This document shows positions 51,894 to 61,454 of a stretch of 64,000 nt of DNA, piece by piece. Source of the DNA: an uncultured Gemmatimonadales bacterium (GTDB lineage Bacteria; Gemmatimonadota; Gemmatimonadetes; Gemmatimonadales; GWC2-71-9); assembly GCA_963773095.1 (NCBI GenBank), contig CAVYZY010000002.1, forward strand, positions 267,649-331,648. The letters run 5' to 3'. A program made the position numbers and the translations under genes. The notes under the pieces were generated by a model. That model saw only the letters and a list, made by a program, of their open reading frames with translations, made no database searches and was not told the DNA's origin. How positions within the stretch are numbered: position 1 is the stretch's first letter; each line of letters starts with the position of its first letter.

Positions 51894-52831
51894 GGGGGCA
51901 GTACGGCAGAGAGTCGTCAGCCGTGAGCGCCGAGGAGGATGTGCGGGCCTTCTGGCTCGAGGGATTCCGGGACTACCTGGCGCTCGAGGCAGGACACAGC
52001 CAGCACACGGTGGAGAACTACGGCCGTGACCTGCGCCGGCTGGCGGAGTTCGCCCGATCGAAGGGGATCACCGGGCCGGAGAAGCTGACACGGGGCCTGT
52101 TGCGCGACTTCGTGTTCCTTCTCAAGGATGTAGGGCTAAGTCCCGCCAGCATAAGGCGATGTGTCTCAGCCACCAGGACTTATTTCGGGTTCATGATAGC
52201 CGAGGGCCGCCTCAAGGAAGACCCGAGCGACCGACTGGAGAGCCCGGCACGCTGGCGCAAGCTGCCCGAAACACTCTCCGTGGCGGACGTCGACGCCATG
52301 CTCAGCGCGCCCGACGTGTCGGAGCCCCTGGCCTGGCGTGACCGGGTGCTGCTCGAGCTGGCGTACGGCGCGGGCATGCGGGTGTCGGAGCTCTGCGGAC
52401 TGGGCCTGGCCGACCTGCTGATCCCGGAGGGATTGGTGCGGGTGTTCGGGAAGGGGTCGAAGGAGCGGCTCGTGCCGATCGGGCGGACGGGGATCGGCGC
52501 GCTGTCGGTGTACCTGCACACCGTGCGACCTGAACTCGACCGGGGCAAGAGCCAGGGGCGGGTGCTGCTCAACGCGCGCGGCGGGCCGCTCTCCCGCGTC
52601 GGGGCGTGGGGCATCGTCAAGCGGGCCGCCGAGAAGGCGGGCGTAAAACGTCGGGTGTCGCCGCACACACTCCGACACAGCTTCGCCACGCACCTGCTCG
52701 AGGGCGGCGCCGACCTCCGGGCGGTGCAGGAAATGCTGGGGCACGCCGATCTCTCCACCACCCAGATCTACACTCACGTGGACCGCGAATACCTGCGCAG
52801 CGTGCACCGGCAGTTCCACCCGCGCGCATGA
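51890..52831 (+). CDS. xerD: Tyrosine recombinase XerD/XerC
   Basis: FLEGFRDYLALEAGHSQHTVENYGRDLRRL, ELAYGAGMRVSELCGL, GKGSKERLVPIG, HTLRHSFATHLLEGGADLRAVQEMLGHADLSTTQIYTHV. Start is GTG 51890 (GTGA overlap) or GTG 51923. Confidence 0.88.
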   Translation: MRGQYGRESSAVSAEEDVRAFWLEGFRDYLALEAGHSQHTVENYGRDLRRLAEFARSKGITGPEKLTRGLLRDFVFLLKDVGLSPASIRRCVSATRTYFGFMIAEGRLKEDPSDRLESPARWRKLPETLSVADVDAMLSAPDVSEPLAWRDRVLLELAYGAGMRVSELCGLGLADLLIPEGLVRVFGKGSKERLVPIGRTGIGALSVYLHTVRPELDRGKSQGRVLLNARGGPLSRVGAWGIVKRAAEKAGVKRRVSPHTLRHSFATHLLEGGADLRAVQEMLGHADLSTTQIYTHVDREYLRSVHRQFHPRA

Positions 52832-54246
52832 TCCGGTGCGTCACGAGCCTCGCGCTGGTCCTGCTGGCGGTCGCAGCCGGCGCGTGCGCCAAGTACCAGC
52901 CACAGCCGCTCGCCCCTGAGGCCAGTGCCGCCGCGTTCGGCAGCCGCACGCTCGACGACTCCGCGCTGGGCGCCTTCCTCGCCACCTACGACTCCACCGG
53001 CGGCGCCGAGTGGGATGCGCAGCGGCTCGCGCTCACCGCATGGTACTTCCGGCCCGATCTCGAGGTGTCCCGCCGCGCATGGCGCACGGCCCAGGCCGCC
53101 GAGGTGACGGCCGGTACGCGTCCGCCGATCGGGGTGGCTGGGGCCGTGGAGGGATCCATCAACGCCGGTCCAACGGTGGCGCCGTGGACCGTGACGCTGG
53201 GCCTCGTGTTCCGGATCGAGCTAGGCGGCAAGCGCGGCGCCCGGATCGCCGCGGCACAGGCGCGCGCGCTCGTGGCCGAGCTGGAAGCGAGGGCCGTCGC
53301 GTGGACCATCGCGAGCGATGTGCGATCTGCCGCGCTTGCCGTTGTGCAAGGCGATTCGAGCGTGACCGCGTGGACACGGCGGGTGAGCCGCAGCCGGCAG
53401 GTCGCCGAGCAGGTGGAGCGGCTCTACCAGAACGACGCGGTGGGCCAGTCGACGGTGGACCAGGCGGCGGCTGAAGCGCGACTCGCCGGGAGGGAACTCG
53501 CGTCGGCGGAGGCGCAGGCGATCGCCGCCAGCGCGACGCTGGCGCGCCTCCTCGGCGTGCCCGCGAGGGCCGTCGACACGCTGTCGATCGCGACGGCCGG
53601 AAGCATCGGCTGCGGATGGACCGCGCAGGAGAGCCTCGAGGCGCTTCGCGCCATCGCCCTGCGTCGCCGCTACGAGATGGGAGTGGCGCTGGCCGAGTAC
53701 GCGGTGGCCGAAGCGGACTTTCGCGTCCAGATCAGCAAGCAGTACCCCGACCTCGAGCTGGCACCAGGCTATTCCTGGGATCAGGGACTGCACCGGTGGA
53801 TCGCCGCGCTGGCGCTGCCCAACCTGCTGCGCAACCGGAACCGGGGCCCGATCGGGGAGGCGATCGCGCGGCGGAACCAGATGGCGAGCGCCGTGGAATC
53901 GATGCAGCAGGTGGTGCTGAGCCAGGTCGAGGTGGCGTTCACGGCGTGCCGCGCGAGCGCGCAGCAGCTCGTGGCCTCCGAGCAGTTCGTCGGTGCAATC
54001 CGGGTGCGTGAGCGCACGGCACGCGCGGCCTACGAGCGCGGCGAGACAAGCCTCTTCGAGAGAATGGGATTGGCGCTCGCGGTGGCCGATGCCGAGACCT
54101 CCCTGCAGGATGCCCGGTTGCGCCGCGCCGTAACGGGTAGTGAGCTGGAGCGAGTGACCGGCGTGTGGACGCCCGACGCACCGGGCCTGCCCGATCCGCT
54201 GCCGCTGCCCACCGCCACGTTCGTGGTCCAGGAGACTGCCCGATGA
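52828..54246 (+). CDS. Outer-membrane efflux lipoprotein (TolC/CzcC-like OMF)
   Basis: Lipobox LLAVAAGAC|A. Two Ala/Gln/Arg-rich coiled-coil repeats typical of OEP-family proteins. ATGA overlaps on both sides. Confidence 0.75.
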   Translation: MIRCVTSLALVLLAVAAGACAKYQPQPLAPEASAAAFGSRTLDDSALGAFLATYDSTGGAEWDAQRLALTAWYFRPDLEVSRRAWRTAQAAEVTAGTRPPIGVAGAVEGSINAGPTVAPWTVTLGLVFRIELGGKRGARIAAAQARALVAELEARAVAWTIASDVRSAALAVVQGDSSVTAWTRRVSRSRQVAEQVERLYQNDAVGQSTVDQAAAEARLAGRELASAEAQAIAASATLARLLGVPARAVDTLSIATAGSIGCGWTAQESLEALRAIALRRRYEMGVALAEYAVAEADFRVQISKQYPDLELAPGYSWDQGLHRWIAALALPNLLRNRNRGPIGEAIARRNQMASAVESMQQVVLSQVEVAFTACRASAQQLVASEQFVGAIRVRERTARAAYERGETSLFERMGLALAVADAETSLQDARLRRAVTGSELERVTGVWTPDAPGLPDPLPLPTATFVVQETAR

Positions 54247-55226
54247 AACCGATCCGCTGGCTCGCCGGCGCCGCCGCGTTTGCCCTGCTGGCATGGGCGC
54301 TCATCTTCGCGTACCGGAAGGGGAAGGAAGAGCGGCAGAACGAGGTGCAGCGGGAGGAGCCGGTGATTGCTCCGAGCCGTGTCGCGACGGGTGAACAGGG
54401 GGTGGTGGTCAAGCTGGACTCCGTGGAGGCGGGCAAACTGGGGCTCGTGCTCGAGGTGGCGCGACCGGTGTCGGTGGCGCCGGTGGTACAACTGAACGGT
54501 GTCGTCGTCCCCGATTCCGCCCGCATTGCATTCCTGCGCGCGCCGGTGGCGGGCAGGCTCGAGGCGGCGTCGAGCGCGGCGTGGCCCGAGCTGGGCTCGC
54601 GGGTCATCGCCGGCGACGTGATCGCGCAGGTGTCGGATGCGAGGCCCCTGACCGTACCGCGCAGCGGCATCGTGACACAAGTCGGCGCGCGCCCGGGAGA
54701 GATCGTGCAGGCGGGGCAGGTGCTGCTCGCCATCAGCGACCTGTCCCAACCGCTGGCCCGCATTGCCTGGACGGATGACGCGCCCGCGCGACCGCCGGTC
54801 CGGCTTGTGATGCAGCCGCTCGACCGGAGCCGGTCGGTGGCCGCGCACCTCGTTGGCCCGGCCTTCGACGTCGACCCGGTGACGCAGCGCCCGGCCTTCA
54901 ACTACCGGCTCGCGGGCAGCTGGCCCGGCCTTGCCGTGGGGCTGCCGGTTACCGCGTCGGTGCCGATCGGAGCGCCGCTCGCTGGCGCGGCCGCGATACC
55001 GGCATCGGCCACGGTGCAATGGGAAGGACTCCTGTGGGCCTACGTGGAGCGCGCGCCGGGACAGTTCAGCCGGGTCCGGATTCCGACGACGACGCCGCTG
55101 CCGGAGGGCTGGGCGGTGCGGGGAGGCGTCCTACCGGGTGACCGGCTCGTGACGGTTGGCGCAGAACAGCTCCTGTCCGAGGAGTTCCGGGCACAGGTGA
55201 AGGTGGGCGACGAGGTCGCGGAGTGA
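54243..55226 (+). CDS. Efflux RND periplasmic adaptor (membrane fusion protein)
   Basis: N-terminal TM anchor. GDVIAQV ... PRSGIVTQVGARPGEIVQAGQVLLAISDL lipoyl-like hairpin. C-terminal beta-barrel segment VTVGAEQLLSEE. Confidence 0.75.
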   Translation: MKPIRWLAGAAAFALLAWALIFAYRKGKEERQNEVQREEPVIAPSRVATGEQGVVVKLDSVEAGKLGLVLEVARPVSVAPVVQLNGVVVPDSARIAFLRAPVAGRLEAASSAAWPELGSRVIAGDVIAQVSDARPLTVPRSGIVTQVGARPGEIVQAGQVLLAISDLSQPLARIAWTDDAPARPPVRLVMQPLDRSRSVAAHLVGPAFDVDPVTQRPAFNYRLAGSWPGLAVGLPVTASVPIGAPLAGAAAIPASATVQWEGLLWAYVERAPGQFSRVRIPTTTPLPEGWAVRGGVLPGDRLVTVGAEQLLSEEFRAQVKVGDEVAE

Positions 55227-55236
55227 TCCGCCGCTG

Positions 55237-58200
55237 ATGCTCGCCGCACTGGTCCGCTTCTCCGTCCGGCACCCGGGCATCGTCCTCGGGCTCGCGATCG
55301 TGCTCGTGGTGTACGGCACGTCGCGACTTCTTGCCGCACCACTCGACGTCTTCCCCGAGTTCGCCCCGCCGCAGGTCTCGATCCAGACCGAAGCGCCGGG
55401 CTTTGCGCCCGAGCAGGTGGAGGTGCTGGTGACGAAGCCGATCGAAGACGTGATCAACGGCGTGGCAGGAATCGCAATCGTGCGATCACAGTCGATCCAG
55501 GGGCTCTCCATCATCACGGCCGTGCTGTCACCGGGCACCGACATCTTCCGCGCGCGCCAGGCGCTCGCCGAGCGGCTGGTGGAAGCAGTGCCCCGACTGC
55601 CGCGCTCGGTGCCGCCTCCGGTGATCAGCCCGCTTACGTCGTCATCCAGCACGGTGCTGGTCATCGGCTTCACGTCCTCGACGCGCACGCTGCTGGAGCA
55701 GCGCACCGTGGTGGACTGGATGGTCCGCCCGCGGCTGCTCGCCACGCCGGGCGTGGCGAAGGTGGCGTCGTTCGGCGGCGAGGTGCGCCAGCTGCAGGTA
55801 CAGGCCAATCCAGCCAGGCTCCGGGCGTATGGTGTGGGCCTGAGCGAACTGACCGACGCGACCCGTCGGGCGACGGGCGTCCGCGGCGGCGGGGTCCTGG
55901 ACGGGCCCAACCAGCGGATCGTGGTGCGGTCGGAGGGGCAGTCGCTCACGCCCGAGGCGATCGGCCAGGTGGTCGTGCGCGAACGTGACGGCTCAGTGCT
56001 GCGCATCGGCGACGTGGCGCAGGTGGTGGTGGCCGGGGCGCCAAAGTTCGGCGACGGCGCCATCAACGGGGAACCAGCCATCGTCACGGTGGTTTCGGCG
56101 CAGCTCGGCGGCAACACGAAGGTGGTGGCCGGCGCGGTAGAGGAGGCGCTCAAGGCGCTGGCACCGGCGCTCGAGCGCGAGGGCATCACGCTTCACGAGG
56201 ACGTCTTCCGGCCCGCGACGTTCATCGACCTGGCCCTTCGCAACATCACTTCGTCGCTGCTGCTGGGCGCATTGCTGGTCTCCGTCATCCTCATGCTGTT
56301 CCTCGCCGATCTGCGGACGGCGGCGATTTCCCTCACCGCCATCCCGCTTTCACTGCTCTCGGCCACGATCCTGCTCGAGGTGCTGGGGTTCTCCATCAAT
56401 ACGCTGACCCTGGGCGGGCTCGCGATCGCGCTGGGCGAAGTGGTGGACGACGCCATCATCGACGTGGAGAACATCGCCCGGCGCCTGCGGGAGCAGAGCG
56501 CCGGCGCGGCCGGACCGGACATCAGTGAAGTCGTGGTGCGGGCATCGCTCGAAGTGCGCGGCAGCGTGGTGTACGCCACCTTCGTGGTAGCCCTGGTGTT
56601 CCTGCCGGTGCTGGCGCTCACCGGCGTGCAGGGGGCACTGTTCCGCCCGCTGGCCCTGGCCTACATCTTCGCGACGCTGGCCTCGCTCATCGTCGCGCTC
56701 ACGGTGACGCCGGCGCTGTCCCGCGTGCTGCTTGGCCGGCCCACCGCACGCGACCACGAGTCGCGGGTGCTGTTGTTGCTCAAGCGCGGCTATGCGCGCC
56801 TCTTGTCCGCCCTCTTCAAGGAGCCGGCGCTCGTATTCGGGTCTACGGTGTTGCTCTGCATCGGCGCGGTGGCGACGCTACCGTTTTTCGGCGCCACCTT
56901 CCTGCCGGAATTCCGCGAGGGGCACTACCTCATCCACATGTCGGCGGTGCCGGGCACGTCGCTGGAGGAATCGGTGCGGCTCGGCAAGATCGTCTCCGCG
57001 CGGCTGCTCACGGATCCCCGGGTGCGCCTGGTGGCGCAGCGCGCCGGGCGTGCCGAGCTGTCGGAGGACACCTGGGGCACGCACTACACCGAGTTCGAGG
57101 TGGACCTGGTGCCGCTCACGGGCAAGGACGCGGAGACGGTGCAGGACGACCTGCGCCGGATGCTGGAGGGGATCCCGGGCGTCAACTTCGCGATCCGTGG
57201 GTTCCTGGCGGAGCGCATCGAGGAGACGCTCACCGGCTCGACGGCGCAGGTGGTGGTGAAGCTCTTCGGCGACGATCTCGACAGCCTCGACGTCTCGGCG
57301 CGTCGCATGGCCGAGGCGATCGGCCGGGTGCGTGGTGCCACCGACGTACAGTACGACCCGCCGCCCGTGGCGCCGGAGGTGACGGTGCGGCTGCGCCCGT
57401 TCGACCTGGCGAGTGTCGGCCTGCGCCCTGACGAAGCGCTTGAGGCGGTCGAGACGGCGACGCGCGGGGCTACCGTGGCGCAGGTGTTCGACGGCAGCCG
57501 CACGACCGACGTGGTGGTGATCCTCGATTCCGCCTCGCGGCGGCGCCCGGAGCAGCTGCGGCGCATTCCGATCAGCAGCGTCAACGGGCGCGTCGTGTCG
57601 CTGCAGGCCGTCGCCGACGTGGAGCGCACCACGGGCCGCTTCCTGGTGTCGCACCAGGGGACGCGGCGGGTGATGACCGTGACCGCGAACGTGCAGGGCC
57701 GTGATGTGGCGGGCTTCGCGCGTGAACTCGAAGCGAAGGCACAGGCCTCGGTCCGCCTGCCGGCGGGCATCTTCGCCGAGTTCGGCGGCACGGCCGCGGC
57801 GCAGCGGAGCGCCCAGCATGAGCTCCTGCTCAACGCCCTGCTGACGGGGCTCGGGATCCTGATGCTGCTGGCGTTGGCATTCGGGGAGGTGGACCGGCTC
57901 TCGCTGGTGCTGCTCAACCTGCCGTTCGCCCTGGTGGGCGGGGTGCTCGCGGTGTTCACGACCGGTGGCGTGCTGTCGCTGGGTTCGCTGGTGGGGTTCG
58001 TCACCCTGTTCGGTATCGCAACCCGGAACGCCGTCATGCTGCTGTCGCACTACGATCACCTGGTCAAGGTGGAGGGCGCGCCCTGGGGTATGGGCACGGC
58101 CCTCAGAGGTGCCATGGAGCGACTCGGCCCCATCCTGATGACCGCACTCGTCACCGCCATTGGCCTGCTGCCCCTCGCGCTCGGCAGTGGCGACCCGGGC

Positions 58201-58341
58201 CGAGAGATCGAGGGGCCGATGGCGACGGTTATCCTCGGCGGGCTCCTCACCTCGACGCTGCTGAGCTTGATCGTGCTGCCGGTCTTCGCGCTGCGAGTCC
58301 TGCGATTCAGGCCGCCACTCGAGGCACCGGATACCCTTTGA
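55237..58341 (+). CDS. RND efflux transporter permease (CusA/CzcA-like by N-terminus; substrate class not determinable here)
   Basis: 1034 aa, 12-TM RND architecture. TM4 motif LAIALGEVVDDAIIDVENI. N-terminus MLAALVRFSVRHPGIVLGLAIV resembles heavy-metal-type members. Confidence 0.88.
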   Translation: MLAALVRFSVRHPGIVLGLAIVLVVYGTSRLLAAPLDVFPEFAPPQVSIQTEAPGFAPEQVEVLVTKPIEDVINGVAGIAIVRSQSIQGLSIITAVLSPGTDIFRARQALAERLVEAVPRLPRSVPPPVISPLTSSSSTVLVIGFTSSTRTLLEQRTVVDWMVRPRLLATPGVAKVASFGGEVRQLQVQANPARLRAYGVGLSELTDATRRATGVRGGGVLDGPNQRIVVRSEGQSLTPEAIGQVVVRERDGSVLRIGDVAQVVVAGAPKFGDGAINGEPAIVTVVSAQLGGNTKVVAGAVEEALKALAPALEREGITLHEDVFRPATFIDLALRNITSSLLLGALLVSVILMLFLADLRTAAISLTAIPLSLLSATILLEVLGFSINTLTLGGLAIALGEVVDDAIIDVENIARRLREQSAGAAGPDISEVVVRASLEVRGSVVYATFVVALVFLPVLALTGVQGALFRPLALAYIFATLASLIVALTVTPALSRVLLGRPTARDHESRVLLLLKRGYARLLSALFKEPALVFGSTVLLCIGAVATLPFFGATFLPEFREGHYLIHMSAVPGTSLEESVRLGKIVSARLLTDPRVRLVAQRAGRAELSEDTWGTHYTEFEVDLVPLTGKDAETVQDDLRRMLEGIPGVNFAIRGFLAERIEETLTGSTAQVVVKLFGDDLDSLDVSARRMAEAIGRVRGATDVQYDPPPVAPEVTVRLRPFDLASVGLRPDEALEAVETATRGATVAQVFDGSRTTDVVVILDSASRRRPEQLRRIPISSVNGRVVSLQAVADVERTTGRFLVSHQGTRRVMTVTANVQGRDVAGFARELEAKAQASVRLPAGIFAEFGGTAAAQRSAQHELLLNALLTGLGILMLLALAFGEVDRLSLVLLNLPFALVGGVLAVFTTGGVLSLGSLVGFVTLFGIATRNAVMLLSHYDHLVKVEGAPWGMGTALRGAMERLGPILMTALVTAIGLLPLALGSGDPGREIEGPMATVILGGLLTSTLLSLIVLPVFALRVLRFRPPLEAPDTL

Positions 58342-58458
58342 CTGGACGTGAAGGCCGTTCCTGAAGCTCTCACGCCCATTTCGGAACACGGGAGCAATAT
58401 GATGACAATGTGTTCAAAGCCGCCCCTTGCCGGCGGCGCGCCCATCGCGAGGAACCCC

Positions 58459-59328
58459 ATGCGTACCCACCGCTCGTGCCGCCTGCAGTCGCCCTTGCTT
58501 TCAGTGCTGCTGGTCATCGCGGTGCCCCGCGTCGCTGGTGCCCAGGCTGTCAACCACCTCTACGACAAGCTCCAAGTCGGCGTGCAGGGGTCCGACGTCA
58601 TCCTGAGCAGCGACATTCGCGTCGACGCCGACGCCGGTCCTGCGGGAACCGACTTCGAATTGGCCGACGTTGGCCTGTCAAGTGGCGGGATCACGTGGGC
58701 AGCCAGCGCGCACTGGCGGCCCGGACGCCGGCATGAGATTGACCTCGGCTTCGTCAACATCGGGCGGAGCGGGGAAAGAGTGCTGACCGACACGATCAAC
58801 ATTGGCGACACCTCCTTCGCCGCGGGCCTCAGGGTCAATACCAAGTTGAGCGCGCCGACTCTCCAACTGAGCTACCGCGTCGCCTTCCTGGCCAAGGAGA
58901 ACGTCAAGGTTGGCTTCGTGCTCGGCCTGGGGGCCCTCTTCTTCAGCCTGGACGCCAACGCGGTGGCAGGCGCCACGGCGGGCGGCGCGGACACCGCCAT
59001 CGTGAAGTTCTGGGCCAGCACGAGCGTCACTGCTCCGACCGCTTCGCTCGGTGTGTTCGCCTCGTTCCGGGCCGGTGGCCACTGGTACTTCAATGTCGAG
59101 GCGGGAGGGATCGGGGCCAGGATCAGCAACGTCGACGTCGGCTCGTGGCGGGGGAGTGCCGAGGCCCAGTACTACTTCACCGATCACTGGGCTGCGCTGG
59201 GCGGATGGTCGATCATCGGAGACAAGATCACGTCGGAGAGTGACACCGGGGGCTGGCTCGATTTCAAAGGCAGCCTCAAGTTCAGCTTTCAGACCATCCG
59301 GCTCGGCGTGATCTACGCCCTGCGCTGA
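58459..59328 (+). CDS. Hypothetical small outer-membrane beta-barrel protein
   Basis: GAGGA RBS. Signal peptide ...LLSVLLVIAVPRVAGAQA. Alternating amphipathic strands throughout (LSYRVAFLA, VGFVLGLGALFFSL, WYFNVEAGG, AEAQYYFTDHWAALGGW, LKFSFQTIRLGVIYAL). An alternative start is at 58399. Confidence 0.6.
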   Translation: MRTHRSCRLQSPLLSVLLVIAVPRVAGAQAVNHLYDKLQVGVQGSDVILSSDIRVDADAGPAGTDFELADVGLSSGGITWAASAHWRPGRRHEIDLGFVNIGRSGERVLTDTINIGDTSFAAGLRVNTKLSAPTLQLSYRVAFLAKENVKVGFVLGLGALFFSLDANAVAGATAGGADTAIVKFWASTSVTAPTASLGVFASFRAGGHWYFNVEAGGIGARISNVDVGSWRGSAEAQYYFTDHWAALGGWSIIGDKITSESDTGGWLDFKGSLKFSFQTIRLGVIYALR

Positions 59329-59343
59329 GGCATGCCGGGCGCT

Positions 59344-60021
59344 TCACCCGCCCAGCGCGATCGCTATCCCGACGAGCACGACACCGATCGCGACCATCGA
59401 CAGGCCGGTGCGGCGCGCCGGGATGCCAGTTGCGCGACCGAGCGTATTTCCGAAGAAGTACAGCAGTCCGATCGCCGTCGCGTTCGAGACCCTGAGGGCG
59501 GTGAACGGGTCGTGAATCAGGGCCAGCGGCACAACCACCGGTACGGTCGACACGACGACGGTGACGAACACGAGGAGGGCGGCCAGGTAGTCGCGGCGCT
59601 CGAGCGTCGCGGGATCGGTCGATGGCGGAAGCCCGGCAATCCTGGCCCGCAGCGCCTTGAGCTCCTGCGCATCGAGCACGGCGGAGACTGGGCCCGGCAG
59701 CGCGTCCTTGAGGATCCGGAGCGCATCGTCCGGGTTCGCCGCTTCTTGCAGCTGGCGCAGCCTCAGCCGGTCCTCCGCTCGTTCCGCCAGGCAGGACAGC
59801 AGGTACATTACGCCGTCCACGACGCCCCATGCGACATTGCAGGCCAGCGCGCCAAGTATCACCGTGCGGACGCCAGTGTCGCCGGAATTGGCGACGCTCA
59901 GTGTGCAGGTGAACGTCAGGGCCATGATGAGGCCCGTCAGGAACTCGGTGTCGCGGTCGACCGGGTCGAGCAGGGGTGGCGCCTGCTCGCGGGCTTGATC
60001 ACCGCTCCCGGTTCCGCTCAT
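59344..60021 (-). CDS. VIT1/CCC1-like membrane protein (tentative)
   Basis: 225 aa from ATG 60021. Two TM segments, a cytoplasmic helical insert, then three TM segments ending ...GLSMVAIGVVLVGIAIALGG, which resembles the VIT-family layout. Family call is from memory only. Confidence 0.5.
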   Translation of the reverse strand: MSGTGSGDQAREQAPPLLDPVDRDTEFLTGLIMALTFTCTLSVANSGDTGVRTVILGALACNVAWGVVDGVMYLLSCLAERAEDRLRLRQLQEAANPDDALRILKDALPGPVSAVLDAQELKALRARIAGLPPSTDPATLERRDYLAALLVFVTVVVSTVPVVVPLALIHDPFTALRVSNATAIGLLYFFGNTLGRATGIPARRTGLSMVAIGVVLVGIAIALGG

Positions 60022-60031
60022 GCCGCCGGCC

Positions 60032-61453
60032 TCAGAGCACCGGCCCGGCCAGCCGCGACAGGGCGACCCCGAGCCGCCACCAGAACGGCTTCCGGTCGAA
60101 CTCCGCGGGGTCGATCGGTTCCGCGTGCGCGAAGTCCTGCTCGAACATCGCATTCATCTGGCGGCCCAGGGCCGGATCGACGATCAGCGCGGTCACCTCG
60201 AAGTTCAGGCGGAACGAGCGGTTGTCGAAGTTGGCCGTGCCGACGGTCGAGATGTCGTCGTCGACAAGCATGACCTTCTCGTGCAGGAAGCCGGGCTTGT
60301 AGGCGTAGAACCGGATGCCGAGGTCGCGCAGCTCGTGCATATAGTGAAACGCCGCAAGGAACACCGGCATGCTGTCGCCCTTGCCCGTCGTGATGATGCG
60401 CACGTCCACGCCCCGCAGCGCCGCGAGCTGCAGCGCCTTCATCACCGCCTCGTCCGGCACGAAGTAGGGCGCCGAGAGCCAGATGCGCTTCTGGGCCGAC
60501 TGGAGCGCCGTCACGAACAGCAGCCCCGCGGTCTCCAGTCGGTCGGCCGGCGAACTCGGGACGATCATCGCGTGCACGTCCGACGTCTCGCTCGCCCTGG
60601 GCGCCCACGTCACGTCGGGAATCCGGCGCACCGCCCAGTACCAGTCGTGCAGGATGGTCATCTGCAGTTGCAGCACCACCGGCCCGTCGAGGCGCACATG
60701 GGTGTCGCGCCATGGGGTGAACTCGGGATCGAGCCCGAGGTACTCGTCGCCCACGTTGTGGCCGCCGACCCAGCCGGTCTCGCCGTCGACGACCACCATC
60801 TTGCGGTGGTTGCGGAAGTTGATCTGGAAGCGGTTCCGGGAGCCCTGCGTCGGCTTGAAGGAACTCACCTCGACGCCGGCAGCCTGCAGCGCCTCGACGT
60901 AGGCCTTGGGCAGACCCTTGCTGCCGACCTCGTCGTAGAGCATGTACACCCGCACGCCGGCCCGGGCCCGTTCGATCAGCGCCTGCTGCATGCGCCGCCC
61001 CAGGCCGTCGTCGTGGAACATGTAGAACTGCACCAGCACGTACTCCTTCGCGCTCGCGATCCCGGCAAGGATGCTGTCGAAGGTGGCCGGGCCATTGATT
61101 AGCAGTTCCACCTGGTTGCCCCGGGTCAGCGATGTCTTCGCCAGTTGCTGGATGGCGCGGTACGATGCGTACCGCGCCGCCTGTCCCACGTCCCAGGGCT
61201 GCAGGTTCTCCCGGATCTGCCTGCCCAGGGCGTCAATCTCCTGCCGGCGCTGGTCATACGCCGACGCCATGCCGTCGAACTTGCTCCGGCCAAACACGAG
61301 GTAGGCGGGAATCGCCACGAAGGGTGCGGAGATTAGCGAGACCGCCCACGCGATGGCGCCCTGGGCCGTCCGGGTGTTCATCACCGCGATGATCGCGGCG
61401 ATGAACCCGGCGAAGTAGGTGGCGGCGACGAGGATCGTCCTCGTCAGGCTCAT
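60032..61453 (-). CDS. cls: Cardiolipin synthase (PLD superfamily, ClsA-type)
   Basis: Two N-terminal TM helices and two HKD motifs (NHRKMVVVDGETGWVGGHNVGDEY and FLHEKVMLVDDDISTVGTANFDNRS). ATG 61453 lies immediately after the upstream stop. Confidence 0.9.
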   Translation of the reverse strand: MSLTRTILVAATYFAGFIAAIIAVMNTRTAQGAIAWAVSLISAPFVAIPAYLVFGRSKFDGMASAYDQRRQEIDALGRQIRENLQPWDVGQAARYASYRAIQQLAKTSLTRGNQVELLINGPATFDSILAGIASAKEYVLVQFYMFHDDGLGRRMQQALIERARAGVRVYMLYDEVGSKGLPKAYVEALQAAGVEVSSFKPTQGSRNRFQINFRNHRKMVVVDGETGWVGGHNVGDEYLGLDPEFTPWRDTHVRLDGPVVLQLQMTILHDWYWAVRRIPDVTWAPRASETSDVHAMIVPSSPADRLETAGLLFVTALQSAQKRIWLSAPYFVPDEAVMKALQLAALRGVDVRIITTGKGDSMPVFLAAFHYMHELRDLGIRFYAYKPGFLHEKVMLVDDDISTVGTANFDNRSFRLNFEVTALIVDPALGRQMNAMFEQDFAHAEPIDPAEFDRKPFWWRLGVALSRLAGPVL

Positions 61454-61454
61454 G

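Noticed and set aside
51890-52831. Tyrosine recombinase as a possible integrase marking a genomic island carrying the efflux genes
   Set aside because: The sequence has the full XerD/XerC housekeeping signature. It is translationally coupled to both neighbours, and its codon usage matches the surroundings. I saw no flanking tRNA, direct repeats of att type, or other mobile-element genes.
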